Source: the human T2T-CHM13v2.0 reference genome, Homo sapiens
Strand: one strand, 5' to 3'
DNA: 64,000 bases
Assembly (NCBI RefSeq): GCF_009914755.1
Contig: NC_060939.1
Shown here piece after piece: positions 1 through 12,813 of this stretch. Position numbers and translations under genes: made by a program. The stretch's first letter is position 1, and every line of letters starts with the position of its first letter. Below the pieces are notes generated by a model, which saw only the letters and a program-made list of their open reading frames with translations, did no database searches and was not told where the DNA came from.

Positions 1-296
1 TCTCTCTCTCTCTGTCTCTGTCTTTCTCTGTCTGTCCCTTTCTCTGTCTGTCTGCCTCTCTCTTTCTCTTTCTGTGTCTCTCTGTCTCTCTCTCTGTGCC
101 TATCTTCTGTCTTACTCTCTTTCTCTGCCTGTCTATCTGTCTGTCTCTCTCTGTCTCTCTCCCTGCCTTTCTGTTTCTCTCTCTCTCCCTCTCTCGCTCT
201 CTCTGTCTTTCTCTCTTTCTCTCTGTTTCTCTGTCTCTCTCTGTCCGTCTCTGTCTTTTTCTGTCTGTCTGTCTCTCTCTTTCTTTCTGTCGTCTG

Positions 297-332
<36 letters not shown>

Positions 333-523
333 TCCTTGTCTCTCTCACTGTGTCTGTCTTCTGTCTTACTCTCCTTCTCTGCCTGTCCATCTGTCTGTCT
401 GTCTCTCTCTCTCTCTCCCTACCTTTCTGTTTCTCTCTCGCTAGCTCTCTCTCTCTCTGCCTGTTTCTCTCTTTCTCTCTCTGTCTTTCTCTGTCTGTCT
501 CTTTCTCTGTCTGTCTGTCTCTT

Positions 524-568
<45 letters not shown>

Positions 569-811
569 GCCTCTCTCACTGTGTCTGTCTTCTGTCTTAT
601 TCTCTTTCTCTCTCTGTCTCTCTCTCTCTCTCCTTTCCTGTCTGTTTTTCTCTCTCTCTCTCTCTTTCTGCCTGTTTCTCTCTGTCTGTCTCTGTCTTTC
701 TCTGTCTGTCTGCCTCTCTCTTTCTTTTTCTGCGTCTCTCTGTCTCTCTCTCTCTCTCTCTGTTCCTATCTTCTGTCTTACTCTGTTTCCTTGCCTGCCT
801 GCCTGTCTGTG

Positions 812-851
<40 letters not shown>

Positions 852-961
852 CCTTTCTCTTTCTCTGTCTCTCTCTCTCTTTCTGGGTGTTTCTCTCTGT
901 CTCTCTGTCCATCTCTGTCTTTCTATGTCTGTCTCTCTCTTTCTCTCTGTCTCTGTCTCTG

Positions 962-996
<35 letters not shown>

Positions 997-1915
997 GTCT
1001 CTCTCACTGTGTGTGTCTGTCTTCTGTCTTACTCTCCTTCTCTGCCTGTCCGTCTGTCTGTCTGTCTCTCCCTCTCTCTCCCTCCCTTTCTGTTTCTCTC
1101 TCTCTCTCTTTCTGTCTGTTTCTCTCTTTCTCTCTCTGTCTGTCTCTTTCTCTGTCTGTCTGTCTCTCTCTTTCTTTTTCTCTGTCTCTCTGTCTCTCTC
1201 TGTGTCTGTCTCTCTGTCTGTGCCTATCTTCTGTCTTACTCTCTTTCTCTGGCTGTCTGCCTGTCTCTCTCTCTCTCTCTGTCTGTCTCCGTCCCTCTCT
1301 CCCTGTCTGTCTGTTTCTCTCTCTGCCTCTCTCTCTCTCTGTCTGTCTCTTTCTCTGTCTGTCTGTCTCTCTCTTTCTTTTTCTCTGTCTCTCTGTCTCT
1401 CTCTGTGTCTGTCTCTCTTTCTGTGCCTATCTTCTGTCTTACTCTCTTTCTCTGGCTGTCTGCCTGTCTCTCTCTCTCTGCCTGTCTCCGTCCCTCCCTC
1501 CCTGTCTGTCTGTTTCTCTCTCTGTCTCTGTCTCTCTGTCCATCTCTGTCTGTCTCTTTCTCTTTCTCTCTCTCTGTCTCTGTCTCTCTCTCTCTCTGCC
1601 TGTCTCTCTCACTGTGTCTGTCTTCTGTCTTACTCTCTTTCTCTGCCTGCCTCTCTGTCTGTCTGTCTCTCTCCCTCCATGTCTCTCTCTCTCTCTCACT
1701 CACTCTCTCTCCGTCTCTCTCTCTTTCTGTCTGTTTCTCTCTCTGTCTGTCTCTCTCCCTCCATGTCTCTCTCTCTCTCTCTCTCACTCACTCTCTCTCC
1801 GTCTCTCTCTCTCTTTCTGTCTGTTTCTCTCTCTGTCTGTCTCTCTCCCTCCATGTCTCTCTCTCTCCCTCTCACTCACTCTCTCTCCGTCTCTCTCTCT
1901 CTTTCTGTCTGTTTC

Positions 1916-1976
<61 letters not shown>

Positions 1977-2009
1977 GTCTTTCTCCCTCCCTGTCTGTCT
2001 GTCTGTCTC

Positions 2010-2042
<33 letters not shown>

Positions 2043-2124
2043 TTCTCTTTCTGTCTGTTTCTCTCTATCTCTCGCTGTCCATCTCTGTCTTTCTATGTCT
2101 GTCTCTTTCTCTGTCAGTCTGTCA
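1..2124 (+). repeat. (TC)n/(TCTG)n pyrimidine-rich tract of LR2 (previous unit)
   Basis: Almost purely C/T with G in TCTG; recurrent TCTTCTGTCTTACTCT anchor. Confidence 0.97.
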
Positions 2125-2384
2125 GACACCCCCGTGCCGGGTAGGGCCCTGCCCCTTCCACGAGAGTGAGAAGCGCGTGCTTCGGTGCTTAGAGAGGCCG
2201 AGAGGAATCTAGACAGGCGGGCCTTGCTGGGCTTCCCCACTCGGTGTACGATTTCGGGAGGTCGAGGCCGGGTCCCCGCTTGGATGCGAGGGGCATTTTC
2301 AGACTTTTCTCTCGGTCACGTGTGGCGTCCGTACTTCTCCTATTTCCCCGATAAGCTCCTCGACTTCAACATAAACTGTGAAGG

Positions 2385-2595
2385 CCGGACGCAACACGGC
2401 GAAACCCCGTCTCTACTAAAAATACAAAGCTGAGTCGGGAGCGGTGGGGCAGGCCCCTGTAATGCCAGCTCCTCGGGAGGCTGAGGCGGGAGAATCGCTT
2501 GAACCAGGGAAGCGGAGGCTGCAGGGAGCCGAGATCGCGCCACTGCACTACGGCCCAGGCTGTAGAGTGAGTGAGACTCGGTCTCTAAATAAATA
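2385..2595 (+). mobile_element. 5'-truncated Alu; copy at 47314-47524
   Basis: GAAACCCCGTCTCTACTAAAAATACAAA plus the right arm. Confidence 0.9.
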
Positions 2596-2665
2596 CGGAA
2601 ATTAATTAATTCATTAATTCTTTTCCCTGCTGACGGACATTTGCAGGCAGGCATCGGTTGTCTTC

Positions 2666-2684
2666 GGGCATCACCTAGCGGCCA
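2666..2684 (-). promoter_or_regulatory. CTCF motif (IGS ~28 kb region); copy at 47595-47613
   Basis: Minus strand TGGCCGCTAGGTGATGCCC. Confidence 0.6.
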
Positions 2685-3780
2685 CTGTTATTGAAAGTCG
2701 ACGTGACACGGAGGGAGGTCTCGCCGACTTCACCGAGCCTGGGGCAACGGGTTTCTCTCTCTCCCTTCTGGAGGCCCCTCCCTCTCTCCCTCGTTGCCTA
2801 GGGAACCTCGCCTAGGGAACCTCCGCCCTGGCGGGGGCCCTATTGTTCTTTGATCGGCGCTTTACTTTTCTTTGTGTTTTGGCGCCTAGACTCTTCTACT
2901 TGGGCTTTGGGAAGGGTCAGTTTAATTTTCAAGTTGCCCCCCGGCTCCCCCCACTACCCACGTCCCTTCACCTTAATTTAGTGAGTCGGTTAGGTGGGTT
3001 TCCCCCAAACCGCCCCCCCCCCCCCCGCCTCCCAACACCCTGCTTGGAAACCTTCCAGAGCCACCCCGGTGTGCCTCCGTCTTCTCTCCCCTTCCCCCAC
3101 CCCTTGCCGGCGATCTCATTCTTGCCAGGCTGACATTTGCATCGGTGGGCGTCAGGCCTCACTCGGGGGCCACCGTTTTTGAAGATGGGGGCGGCACGGT
3201 CCCACTTCCCCGGAGGCAGCTTGGGCCGATGGCATAGCCCCTTGACCCGCGTGGGCAAGCGGGCGGGTCTGCAGTTGTGAGGCTTTTCCCCCCGCTGCTT
3301 CCCGCCTCAGGCCTCCCTCCCTAGGAAAGCTTCACCCTGGCTGGGTCTCGGTCACCTTTTATCACGATGTTTTAGTTTCTCCGCCCTCCGGCCAGCAGAG
3401 TTTCACAATGCGAAGGGCGCCACGGCTCTAGTCTGGGCCTTCTCAGTACTTGCCCAAAATAGAAACGCTTTCTGAAAACTAATAACTTTGCTCACTTAAG
3501 ATTTCCAGGGACGGCGCCTTGGCCCGTGTTTGTTGGCTTGTTTTGTTTCGTTCTGTTTTGTTTTGTTCGTGTTTTTCCTTTCTCGTATGTCTTTCTTTTC
3601 AGGTGAAGTAGAAATCCCCAGTTTTCAGGAAGACGTCTATTTTCCCCAAGACACGTTAGCTGCCGTTTTTTCCTGTTGTGAACTAGCGCTTTTGTGACTC
3701 TCTCAACGTGCAGTGAGAGCCGGTTGATGTTTACTATCCTTCATCATGACATCTTATTTTCTAGAAATCCGTAGGCGAAT

Positions 3781-3866
3781 GCTGCTGCTGCTCTTGTTGC
3801 TGTTGTTGTTGTTGTTGTTGTCGTCGTTGCTGTTGTCGTTGTCGTTGTTGTTGTCGTTGTCGTTGT
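3781..3866 (+). repeat. (GCT/GTT/GTC)n trinucleotide tract
   Basis: Seen directly. Confidence 0.9.
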
Positions 3867-3942
3867 TTTCAAAGTATACCCCGGCCACCGTTTATGGGAT
3901 CAAAAGCATTATAAAATATGTGTGATTATTTCTTGAGCACGC

Positions 3943-4540
3943 CCTTCCTCCCCCTCTCTCTGTCTCTCTGTCTGTCTCTGTCTCTCTCTTTCTCTGTCTG
4001 TCTTCTCTCTCTCTCTCTCTCTGTGTCTCTCTCTCTCTGCCTGTCTGTTTCTCTCTCTCTGCCTCTCTCTCTCTCTCTCTCTCTGCCTGTCTCTCTCACT
4101 GTGTCTGTCTTCTGTCTTACTCCCTTTCTCTGTCTGTCTGTCGGTCTCTCTCTCTCTCTCTCCCTGTCTGTATGTTTCTCTCTGTCTCTGTCTCTCTCTC
4201 TCTTTCTGTTTCTCTCTCTCCGTCTCTGTCTTTCTCTGACTGTCTCTCTCTTTCCTTCTCTCTGTCTCTCTCTGCCTGTCTCTCTCACTCTGTCTTCTGT
4301 CTTACTCTCTCTCTCTGCCTGCCTGTCTCTCTCACTCTCTCTCTCTGTGTGTCTCTCTCTCTCTTTCTGTTTCTCTCTGTCTCTCTGTCCGTCTCTGTCT
4401 TTCTCTGTCTGTCTCTTTGTCTGTCTGTCTTTGTCTTTCCTTCTCTCTGTCTCTGTCTCTCTCACTGTGTCTGTCTTCTGTCTTAGTCTCTCTCTCTCTC
4501 TCTCCCTGTCTGTCTGTCTCTCTCTCTCTCTCCCCCTGTC

Positions 4541-4585
<45 letters not shown>

Positions 4586-4858
4586 TTGTCTTTCTTTCTG
4601 TCTCTGTCTCTCTCTCTCTCTCTGTGTGTCTGTCTTCTGTCTTACTGTCTTTCTCTGCCTGTCTGTCTGTCTGTCTCTCTCTGTCTGTCTCTCTCTCTCT
4701 CTCCCCCCTGTCGGCTGTTTCTCTGTCTCTGTCTGTGTCTCTCTTTCTGTCTGTTTCTCTCTGTCTGTCTTTCTCTCTCTGTCTCTTTCTCTCTGTCTCT
4801 CTGTCTGTCTCTGTCTCTCTCTCTGTCTCTCTCTCTCTGTGGGGGGGTGTGTGTGTGT

Positions 4859-4895
<37 letters not shown>

Positions 4896-5146
4896 TGCCT
4901 TCTGTCTTACTCTCTTTCTCTGCCTGTCTGTCTGCCTGTCTGTTTGTCTCTCTCTCTCTGCCTGTCTCTCTCCCTTCCTGTCTGTTTCTCTCTCTTTCTG
5001 TTTCTCTCTGTCTCTGTCCATCTCTGTCTTTCTCCGTCTGTCTCTTTATCTGTCTCTCTCCGTCTGTCTCTTTATCTGTCTCTCTCTCTCTTTCTGTCTT
5101 TCTCTCTCTGTGTATCGTTGTCTCTCTCTGTCTGTCTCTGTCTCTG

Positions 5147-5179
<33 letters not shown>

Positions 5180-5226
5180 GTCTGTCTGTCCGTCTGTCTG
5201 TCTCGGTCTCTGGCTCTCGCTATCTC
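3943..5226 (+). repeat. Third CT-rich tract with an internal (TG)n at 4846-4893; copy at 48872-50155
   Basis: Seen directly. Confidence 0.95.
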
Positions 5227-6522
5227 CCGCCCTCTCTTTTTTTGCAAAAGAAGCTCAAGTACATCTAATCTAATCCCTTACCAAGGCCTGAATTCTTCAC
5301 TTCTGACATCCCAGATTTGATCTCCCTACAGAATGCTGTACAGAACTGGCGAGTTGATTTCTGGACTTGGATACCTCATAGAAACTACATATGAATAAAG
5401 ATCCAATCCTAAAATCTGGGGTGGCTTCTCCCTCGACTGTCTCGAAAAATCGTACCTCTGTTCCCCTAGGATGCCGGAAGAGTTTTCTCAATGTGCATCT
5501 GCCCGTGTCCTAAGTGATCTGTGACCGAGCCCTGTCCGTCCTGTCTCAAATATGTACGTGCAAACACTTCTCTCCATTTCCACAACTACCCACGGCCCCT
5601 TGTGGAACCACTGGCTCTTTGAAAAAAATCCCAGAAGTGGTTTTGGCTTTTTGGCTAGGAGGCCTAAGCCTGCTGAGAACTTTCCTGCCCAGGATCCTGT
5701 GTGACCAAAAGTGCCTCTGCTGGGAGCTGGGATCCTCGGGACCATGCTTGCTAGCGCTGGATGAGTCTCTGGAAGGACGCACGGGACTCCGCAAAGCTGA
5801 CCTGTCCCACCGAGGTCAAATGGATACCTCTGCATTGGCCCGAGGCCTCCGAAGTACATCACCGTCACCAACCGTCACCGTCAGCATCCTTGTGAGCCTG
5901 CCCAAGGCCCCGCCTCCGGGGAGACTCTTGGGAGCCCGGCCTTCGTCGGCTAAAGTCCAAAGGGATGGTGACTTCCACCCACAAGGTCCCCACTGAACGG
6001 CGAAGATGTGGAGCGTAGGTCAGAGAGGGGACCAGGAGGGGAGACGTCCCGACAGGCGACGAGTTCCCAAGGCTCTGGCCACCCCACCCACGCCCCACGC
6101 CCCACGTCCCGGGCACCCGCGGGACACCGCCGCTTTATCCCCTCCTCTGTCCACAGCCGGCCCCACCCCACCACGCAACCCACGCACACACGCTGGAGGT
6201 TCCAAAACCACACGGTGTGACTAGAGCCTGACGGAGCGAGAGCCCATTTCACGAGGTGGGAGGGGTGGGGGTGGGGTGGGTTGGGGGTTGTGGGGTCTGT
6301 GGCGAGCCCGATTCTCCCTCTTGGGTGGCTACAGGCTAGAAATGAATATCGCTTCTTGGGCGGAGGGGCTTCCTTAGGCCATCACCGCTTGCGGGACTAC
6401 CTCTCAAACCCTCCCTTGAGGCCACAAAATAGATTCCACCCCACCCATCGACGTTTCCCCCGGGTGCTGGATGTATCCTGTCAAGAGACCTGAGCCTGAC
6501 ACCGTCGAATTAAACACCTTGA

Positions 6523-6729
<207 letters not shown>

Positions 6730-6802
6730 CTCTTTCATTGGTTTTCACTGGAGATTCTAGATTCGAGCCACACCTCATTCCGTGCCACAGAGAGACTTCT
6801 TT

Positions 6803-9800
6803 TTTTTTTTTTTTTTAAGCGCAACGCAACATGTCTGCCTTATTTGAGTGGCTTCCTATATCATTATAATTGTGTTATAGATGAAGAAACGGTATTAAAC
6901 ACTGTGCTAATGATAGTGAAAGTGAAGACAAAAGAAAGGCTATCTATTTTGTGGTTAGAATAAAGTTGCTCAGTATTTAGAGCTACCTAAATACGTCAGC
7001 ATTTACACTCTTCCTAGTAAAAGCTGGCCAATCTGAATAATCCTCCTTTAAACAAACACAATTTTTGATAGGGTTAAGATTTTTTTAAGAATGCGACTCC
7101 TGCAAAATAGCTGAACAGACGATACACATTTAAAAAAATAACAACACAAGGATCAACCAGACTTGGGAAAAAATCGAAAACCACACAAGTCTTATGAAGA
7201 ACTGAGTTCTTAAAATAGGACGGAGAACGTAGCTATCGGAAGAGAAGGCAGTATTGGCAAGTTGATTGTTACGTTGGTCAGCAGTAGCTGGCACTATCTT
7301 TTTGGCCATCTTTCGGGCAATGTAACTACTACAGCAAAATGAGATATGATCCATGAAACAACATATTCGCAAATCAAAAAGTGTTTCAGTAATATAATGC
7401 TTCAGATTTAGAAGCAAATCAAATGATAGAACTCCACTGCTGTAATAAGTCACCCCAAAGATCACCGTATCTGACAAAATAACTACCACAGGGTTATGAC
7501 TTCAGAATCATACTTTCTCTTGATATTTACTTATGTATGTATTTATTTTTTTTAATTTATTTCTCTTGAGACGGCGTCTCGCTCTGTCGCCCAGGCTGGA
7601 GTGCGATGGTGTGATCTCGGCTCACTGCAACCGCCACCTCCCTGGGTTCAAGCGATTCTCCTGCCTCAGCCTCCCGAGTAGCTGGGACTACAGGTGCCCG
7701 CCACCACGCCCAGCTAATCTTTATACTTTTAATAGAGACGGGGTTTCACCGTGTCGGCCCGGATGGTCTCGATCTCTTGACCTCGTGACCCGCCCGCCTC
7801 GGCCTCCCAAAGTGCTGGGATGACAGGCGTGAGCCACTGAGCCCGGCCTTCTCTTGACGTTTAAACTATGAAGTCAGTCCAGAGAAACGCAATAAATGTC
7901 AACGGTGAGGATGGTGTTGAGGCAGAAGTAGGACCACACTTTTTCCTATCTTATTCAGTTGATAACAATATGACCTAGGTAGTAATTTCCTATGTGCCTA
8001 CTTATACACGAGTACAAAAGAGTAAAACAGAGAGACTGCTAAATTAAAGGGTACGTGAAGTTCTTCATAGTAACTCCGTAAACTGGAACACTGTCAAAAA
8101 GCAGCAGCTAGTGAATTGTTTCCATGTATTTTTCTATTATCCAATAAGTGAACTATGCTATTCCTTTCCAGTCTCCCAAGCACTTCTTGTCCCCATCACC
8201 ACTTCGGTGCTCGAAGAAAAAGTAACAAATCAAGGAACACAACTAAAGAAACACACACACAAACCAAAGACAACTACAGCGTCTGCAAAAGTTTGCTAGA
8301 AGACTGAAACTGTTGAGTATAAGGATCTGGTATTCTACGATGATCATGAGTTCACTTCAGAGTTTGTTCAAGACATACGTTTCGTAAGGAAACATCTTAG
8401 TTAGAAGTTATTCAGCAGTAGGTACCATCCCTAAGTATTTTTCACCAAATTCGTGACAATAAAGAGCTATCTAACCAGAAAAATTAGCGAGTACCGGCAC
8501 CATCCATAGGGCTTTGTCTTTACGCTTCATTAGCACTTACCATGCCTTACAATGTCTAGGATTGACCCTGATAGCATTTCGAAAACAAGCTAATGCTTTG
8601 TCCAGTTCTTCAGTGAAGACAAGCTCACGCCCTAATGCGCTATAGGCATAAGCATCATTTGGATCCACTTCGAGAGTTCTCTGGAAGAATTGAATCGCAA
8701 TATCGTGTTCCCGTTGCAGACCGAAACAGTTCCCTGCAGCACACCAGGCCTCTGGCTGGCGAATTTTTATCCATGTCTGTGAAGTCTTTGGACAGAACTG
8801 AAAGAGCAACCTCTTTCGGAGGATGCCAAAGTGTTGTAGAGTAGATCTCCATGCCTTCGACTCTGTAATTCTCAATCCTCCTAACCTCTGAGAATTGTCT
8901 TTCAGCTTGCGTGGACTCTGAAAGTTTACAATAGGCCCTTCCGATTTGGCACAGTACCCAACCGGTATTGCAGTGGTGAGAAGCTAGATGGCTCAAGATG
9001 CTGATAGCTTCTTTGCCGTGGTAAGAACACAAAGCTAAATAACCTTTCCCCCTTTCACGAAGAAGGCTCATCAAGCCTTCCGCTGCTGCTTTTTGTAGAT
9101 TAAAAGCCTGAATCTGAGGCGCGATTGCGGCTATTTTCCCTTCTGAAATGACGGAAGAGTCCAATTTTGTCACTTCCAGGCTATCACTTATGTTCGGTGG
9201 AGTTATTGCTCCTTTATTAGTTTTACTTTTGGTTCTTCTGTTTGGGATTTTAGGTGGAAACTTCATTTTTAATTTTCTCCTATTCTCCTCGGTTGTGGAG
9301 CTGTCACTAGTCAAGAGTCGTGAATTTCTTCGAGGCGGTGCATTTGGGGGAGATGCCATAGTGGGGCTCAATACCTGAGGTGTTGCCCTTGTCGGCGGAC
9401 CAGAACTTTGTGTTTTTGCAAGGACTGGAGTTACCTTTCGGCTCTTTCCCCTCTGCGAGAAGACAGACGGTGTTCCGGTTTGGCCGATTCTGGCAACAGG
9501 CTTTTTTGAAGGGGCTCCGGTGGATGGCACGTCAATGACAGACGGTGTCTCATACCAGTGCAGTTTTGTCAATAGGGTCCGTCTCCGGGACTTGGGGTTT
9601 CTAATGGCAAAATGCCAACACTTGGGGTTAATGGACTAACAGCTGCTGGTCCTCCTAATAAACTTCGACCAGTTTTTGGTTTATGTTGAACCTGTTTAGA
9701 TCATATGGAAGTTCCTGTTCCCAGTGGGACAGTATCAGGTGAAAGGACAGCTGAATCGATAGAAGACACTGGGGAGTCTGTATTCAAGGAGTACTTTGAA

Positions 9801-10597
9801 TTGGAAGATTCTAAATTCCATCCGTTTCATTCGACGGTGTCCTGGGGTGTTTCCGTAAGAACGGTCTCGGGCTGTCTGTGACATAAACTAGGACGAGGTC
9901 CAAGTGTTGTGGCGCAACACTTGGACAGGCAGTTGCTAAAGCTCTCTAGAGAGGTGAATCAAAATGTTTGGTCAGGATCTGGCTTTTCCCCCCTATTTCA
10001 CATCATGATTCAAAGGGACACCAGAGGAAAGGATTTCAACGAAGGCTCTTTTGGTCACATTCTGATCCTTTGGTAAGCCGATCTGTCTTGCAATATACAT
10101 GTCCCGACGATGGAAGGGGAAAGCGAGCTGAATCACCAAACTCAGGAACGATAATATCATCGTGGCTTTTCTGCTTATGAAACACTCCACCCGATAAGAT
10201 TTGATCCCCTTCTGCAAGCTTGCTGAGATCAACACAACATTTCGCAAGCAGGCATTTGCATTGCGGGGTAGTACAACTGTGTCCTTTCAAGAGTCTATAT
10301 GTTTTATAGGCCTTTCCTGAGCGGTAAGAACAGGTCGCCAGTAAGAACAAGGCTTCTTCTGAGTGTACTTCTGCATAAAGGCGTTCTGCGGGGGAAACCG
10401 CATCTCGGTAGGCATAGTGGTTTAGTGCTTGCCATATAGCAGCCTGGACGGGTCCCTGCAGCACCGCCATCCTCGAGGCTCAGGCCCACTTTCTGCAGTG
10501 CCACAGGCACCCCCCCCCCCATAGCGGCTCCGGCCCGGCCAGCCCCGGCTCATTTAAAGGCACCAGCCGCCGTTACCGGGGGATGGGGGAGTCCGAG
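6803..10597 (-). pseudogene. CDC27P: CDC27 (APC3) processed pseudogene: 5'UTR 10597-10471, CDS homology 10470-8541, putative retained-intron 3' region down to the poly(A) at ~6803
   Basis: ORFs MAVLQGPVQAAIWQALNHYAYRDA, MEIYSTTLWH and EAWCAAGNCF...NAIRVNPRH are CDC27-like, intronless, and broken by stops and frameshifts; T-run 6800-6816 and a 14/16 TSD (6787-6802, 10598-10613). Confidence 0.95.
7530..7848 (-). mobile_element. Full-length Alu inside the CDC27P 3' region, with TSD
   Basis: Alu body 7568-7848; flanking TTCTCTTGA(TA/CG)TTTA at ~7515 and 7849. Confidence 0.93.
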
Positions 10598-11122
10598 ACA
10601 GAATGACTTCTTTATCCTGCTGACTCTGGAAAGCCCGGCGCCTTGTGATCCATTGCAAACCGAGAGTCACCTCGTGTTTAGAACACGGATCCACTCCCAA
10701 GTTCAGTGGGGGGATGTGAGGGGTGTGGCAGGTAGGACGAAGGACTCTCTTCCTTCTGATTCGGTCTGCACAGTGGGGCCTAGGGCTGGAGCTCTCTCCG
10801 TGCGGACCGCTGACTCCCTCTACCTTGGGTTCCCTCGGCCCCACCCTGGAACGCCGGGCCTTGGCAGATTCTGGCCCTTCCTGGCCCTTCAGTCGCTGTC
10901 AGAAACCCCATCTCATGCTCGGATGCCCCGAGTGACTGTGGCTCGCACCTCTCCGGAAACATTGGAAATCTCTCCTCTACGCGCGGCCACCTGAAACCAC
11001 AGGAGCTCGGGACACACGTGCTTTCGGGAGAGAATGCTGAGAGTCTCTTGCCGACTCTCTCTTGACTTGAGTTCTTCGTGGGTGCGTGGTTAAGACGTAG
11101 TGAGACCAGATGTATTAACTCA

Positions 11123-11288
11123 GGCCGGGTGCTGGTGGCTCACGCCTGTAACCCCAACACTTTGGGAGGCCGAGGCCGTAGGATCCCTCGAGGAATCGCC
11201 TAACCCTGGGGAGGTTGAGGTTGCAGTGAGTGAGCCATAGTTGTGTCACTGTGCTCCAGTCTGGGCGAAAGACAGAATGAGGCCCTGC
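11123..11288 (+). mobile_element. Alu monomer (FRAM-like, or left/right-arm fusion)
   Basis: Left-arm start joined to right-arm end. Confidence 0.8.
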
Positions 11289-11387
11289 CACAGGCAGGCA
11301 GGCAGGCAGGCAGGCAGAAAGACAACAGCTGTATTATGTTCTTCTCAGGGTAGGAAGCAAAAATAACAGAATACAGCACTTAATTAA

Positions 11388-11688
<301 letters not shown>

Positions 11689-11732
11689 TACGTTTATTTA
11701 TTTATTTTTTTAATTATTTTACTTTTTTTTAG

Positions 11733-12085
<353 letters not shown>

Positions 12086-12141
12086 TATTTATCTATTTAT
12101 TAACTTTGAGTCCAGGTTATGAAACCAGTTAGTTTTTGTAA

Positions 12142-12268
12142 TTTTTTTTTTTTTTTTTTTTTTTTGAGACGAGGTTTCACCGTGTTGCCAAGGCTTGGAC
12201 CGAGGGATCCACCGGCCCTCGGCCTCCCAAAAGTGCGGGGATGACAGGCGCGAGCCTACCGCGCCCGG
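12142..12268 (-). mobile_element. Alu left monomer (FLAM-like)
   Basis: T-tail, GAGACGAGGTTTCACC...GGCCTCCCAAAAGTGC. Confidence 0.8.
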
Positions 12269-12813
12269 ACCCCCCCTTTCCCCTTCCCCCGCTTGTCTTC
12301 CCGACAGACAGTTTCACGGCAGAGCGTTTGGCTGGCGTGCTTAAACTCATTCTAAATAGAAATTTGGGACGTCAGCTTCTGGCCTCACGGACTCTGAGCC
12401 GAGGAGTCCCCTGGTCTGTCTATCACAGGACCGTACACGTAAGGAGGAGAAAAATCGTAACGTTCAAAGTCAGTCATTTTGTGATACAGAAATACACGGA
12501 TTCACCCAAAACACAGAAAGCAGTCTTTTAGAAATGGCCTTAGCCCTGGTGTCCGTGCCAGTGATTCTTTTCGGTTTGGACCTTGACTGAGAGGATTCCC
12601 AGTCGGTCTCTCGTCTCTGGACGGAAGTTCCAGATGATCCGATGGGTGGGGGACTTAGGCTGCGTCCCCCCAGGAGCCCTGGTCGATTAGTTGTGGGGAT
12701 CGCCTTGGAGGGCGCGGTGACCCACTGTGCTGTGGGAGCCTCCATCCTTCCCCCCACCCCCTCCCCAGGGGATCCCAATTCATTCCGGGCTGACACGCTC
12801 ACTGGCAGGCGTC

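Noticed and set aside
74-2212. Long Ser/Leu/Cys ORFs (up to 951 aa at 44218) and antisense Arg/Glu ORFs
   Set aside because: Translations of (TC)n/(TCTG)n tracts, which rarely contain stop codons; several frames are open at once.
8655-9572. 305-aa CDC27-like ORF as a functional gene
   Set aside because: Internal fragment with a non-ATG start and frameshifts at both ends; part of the pseudogene.
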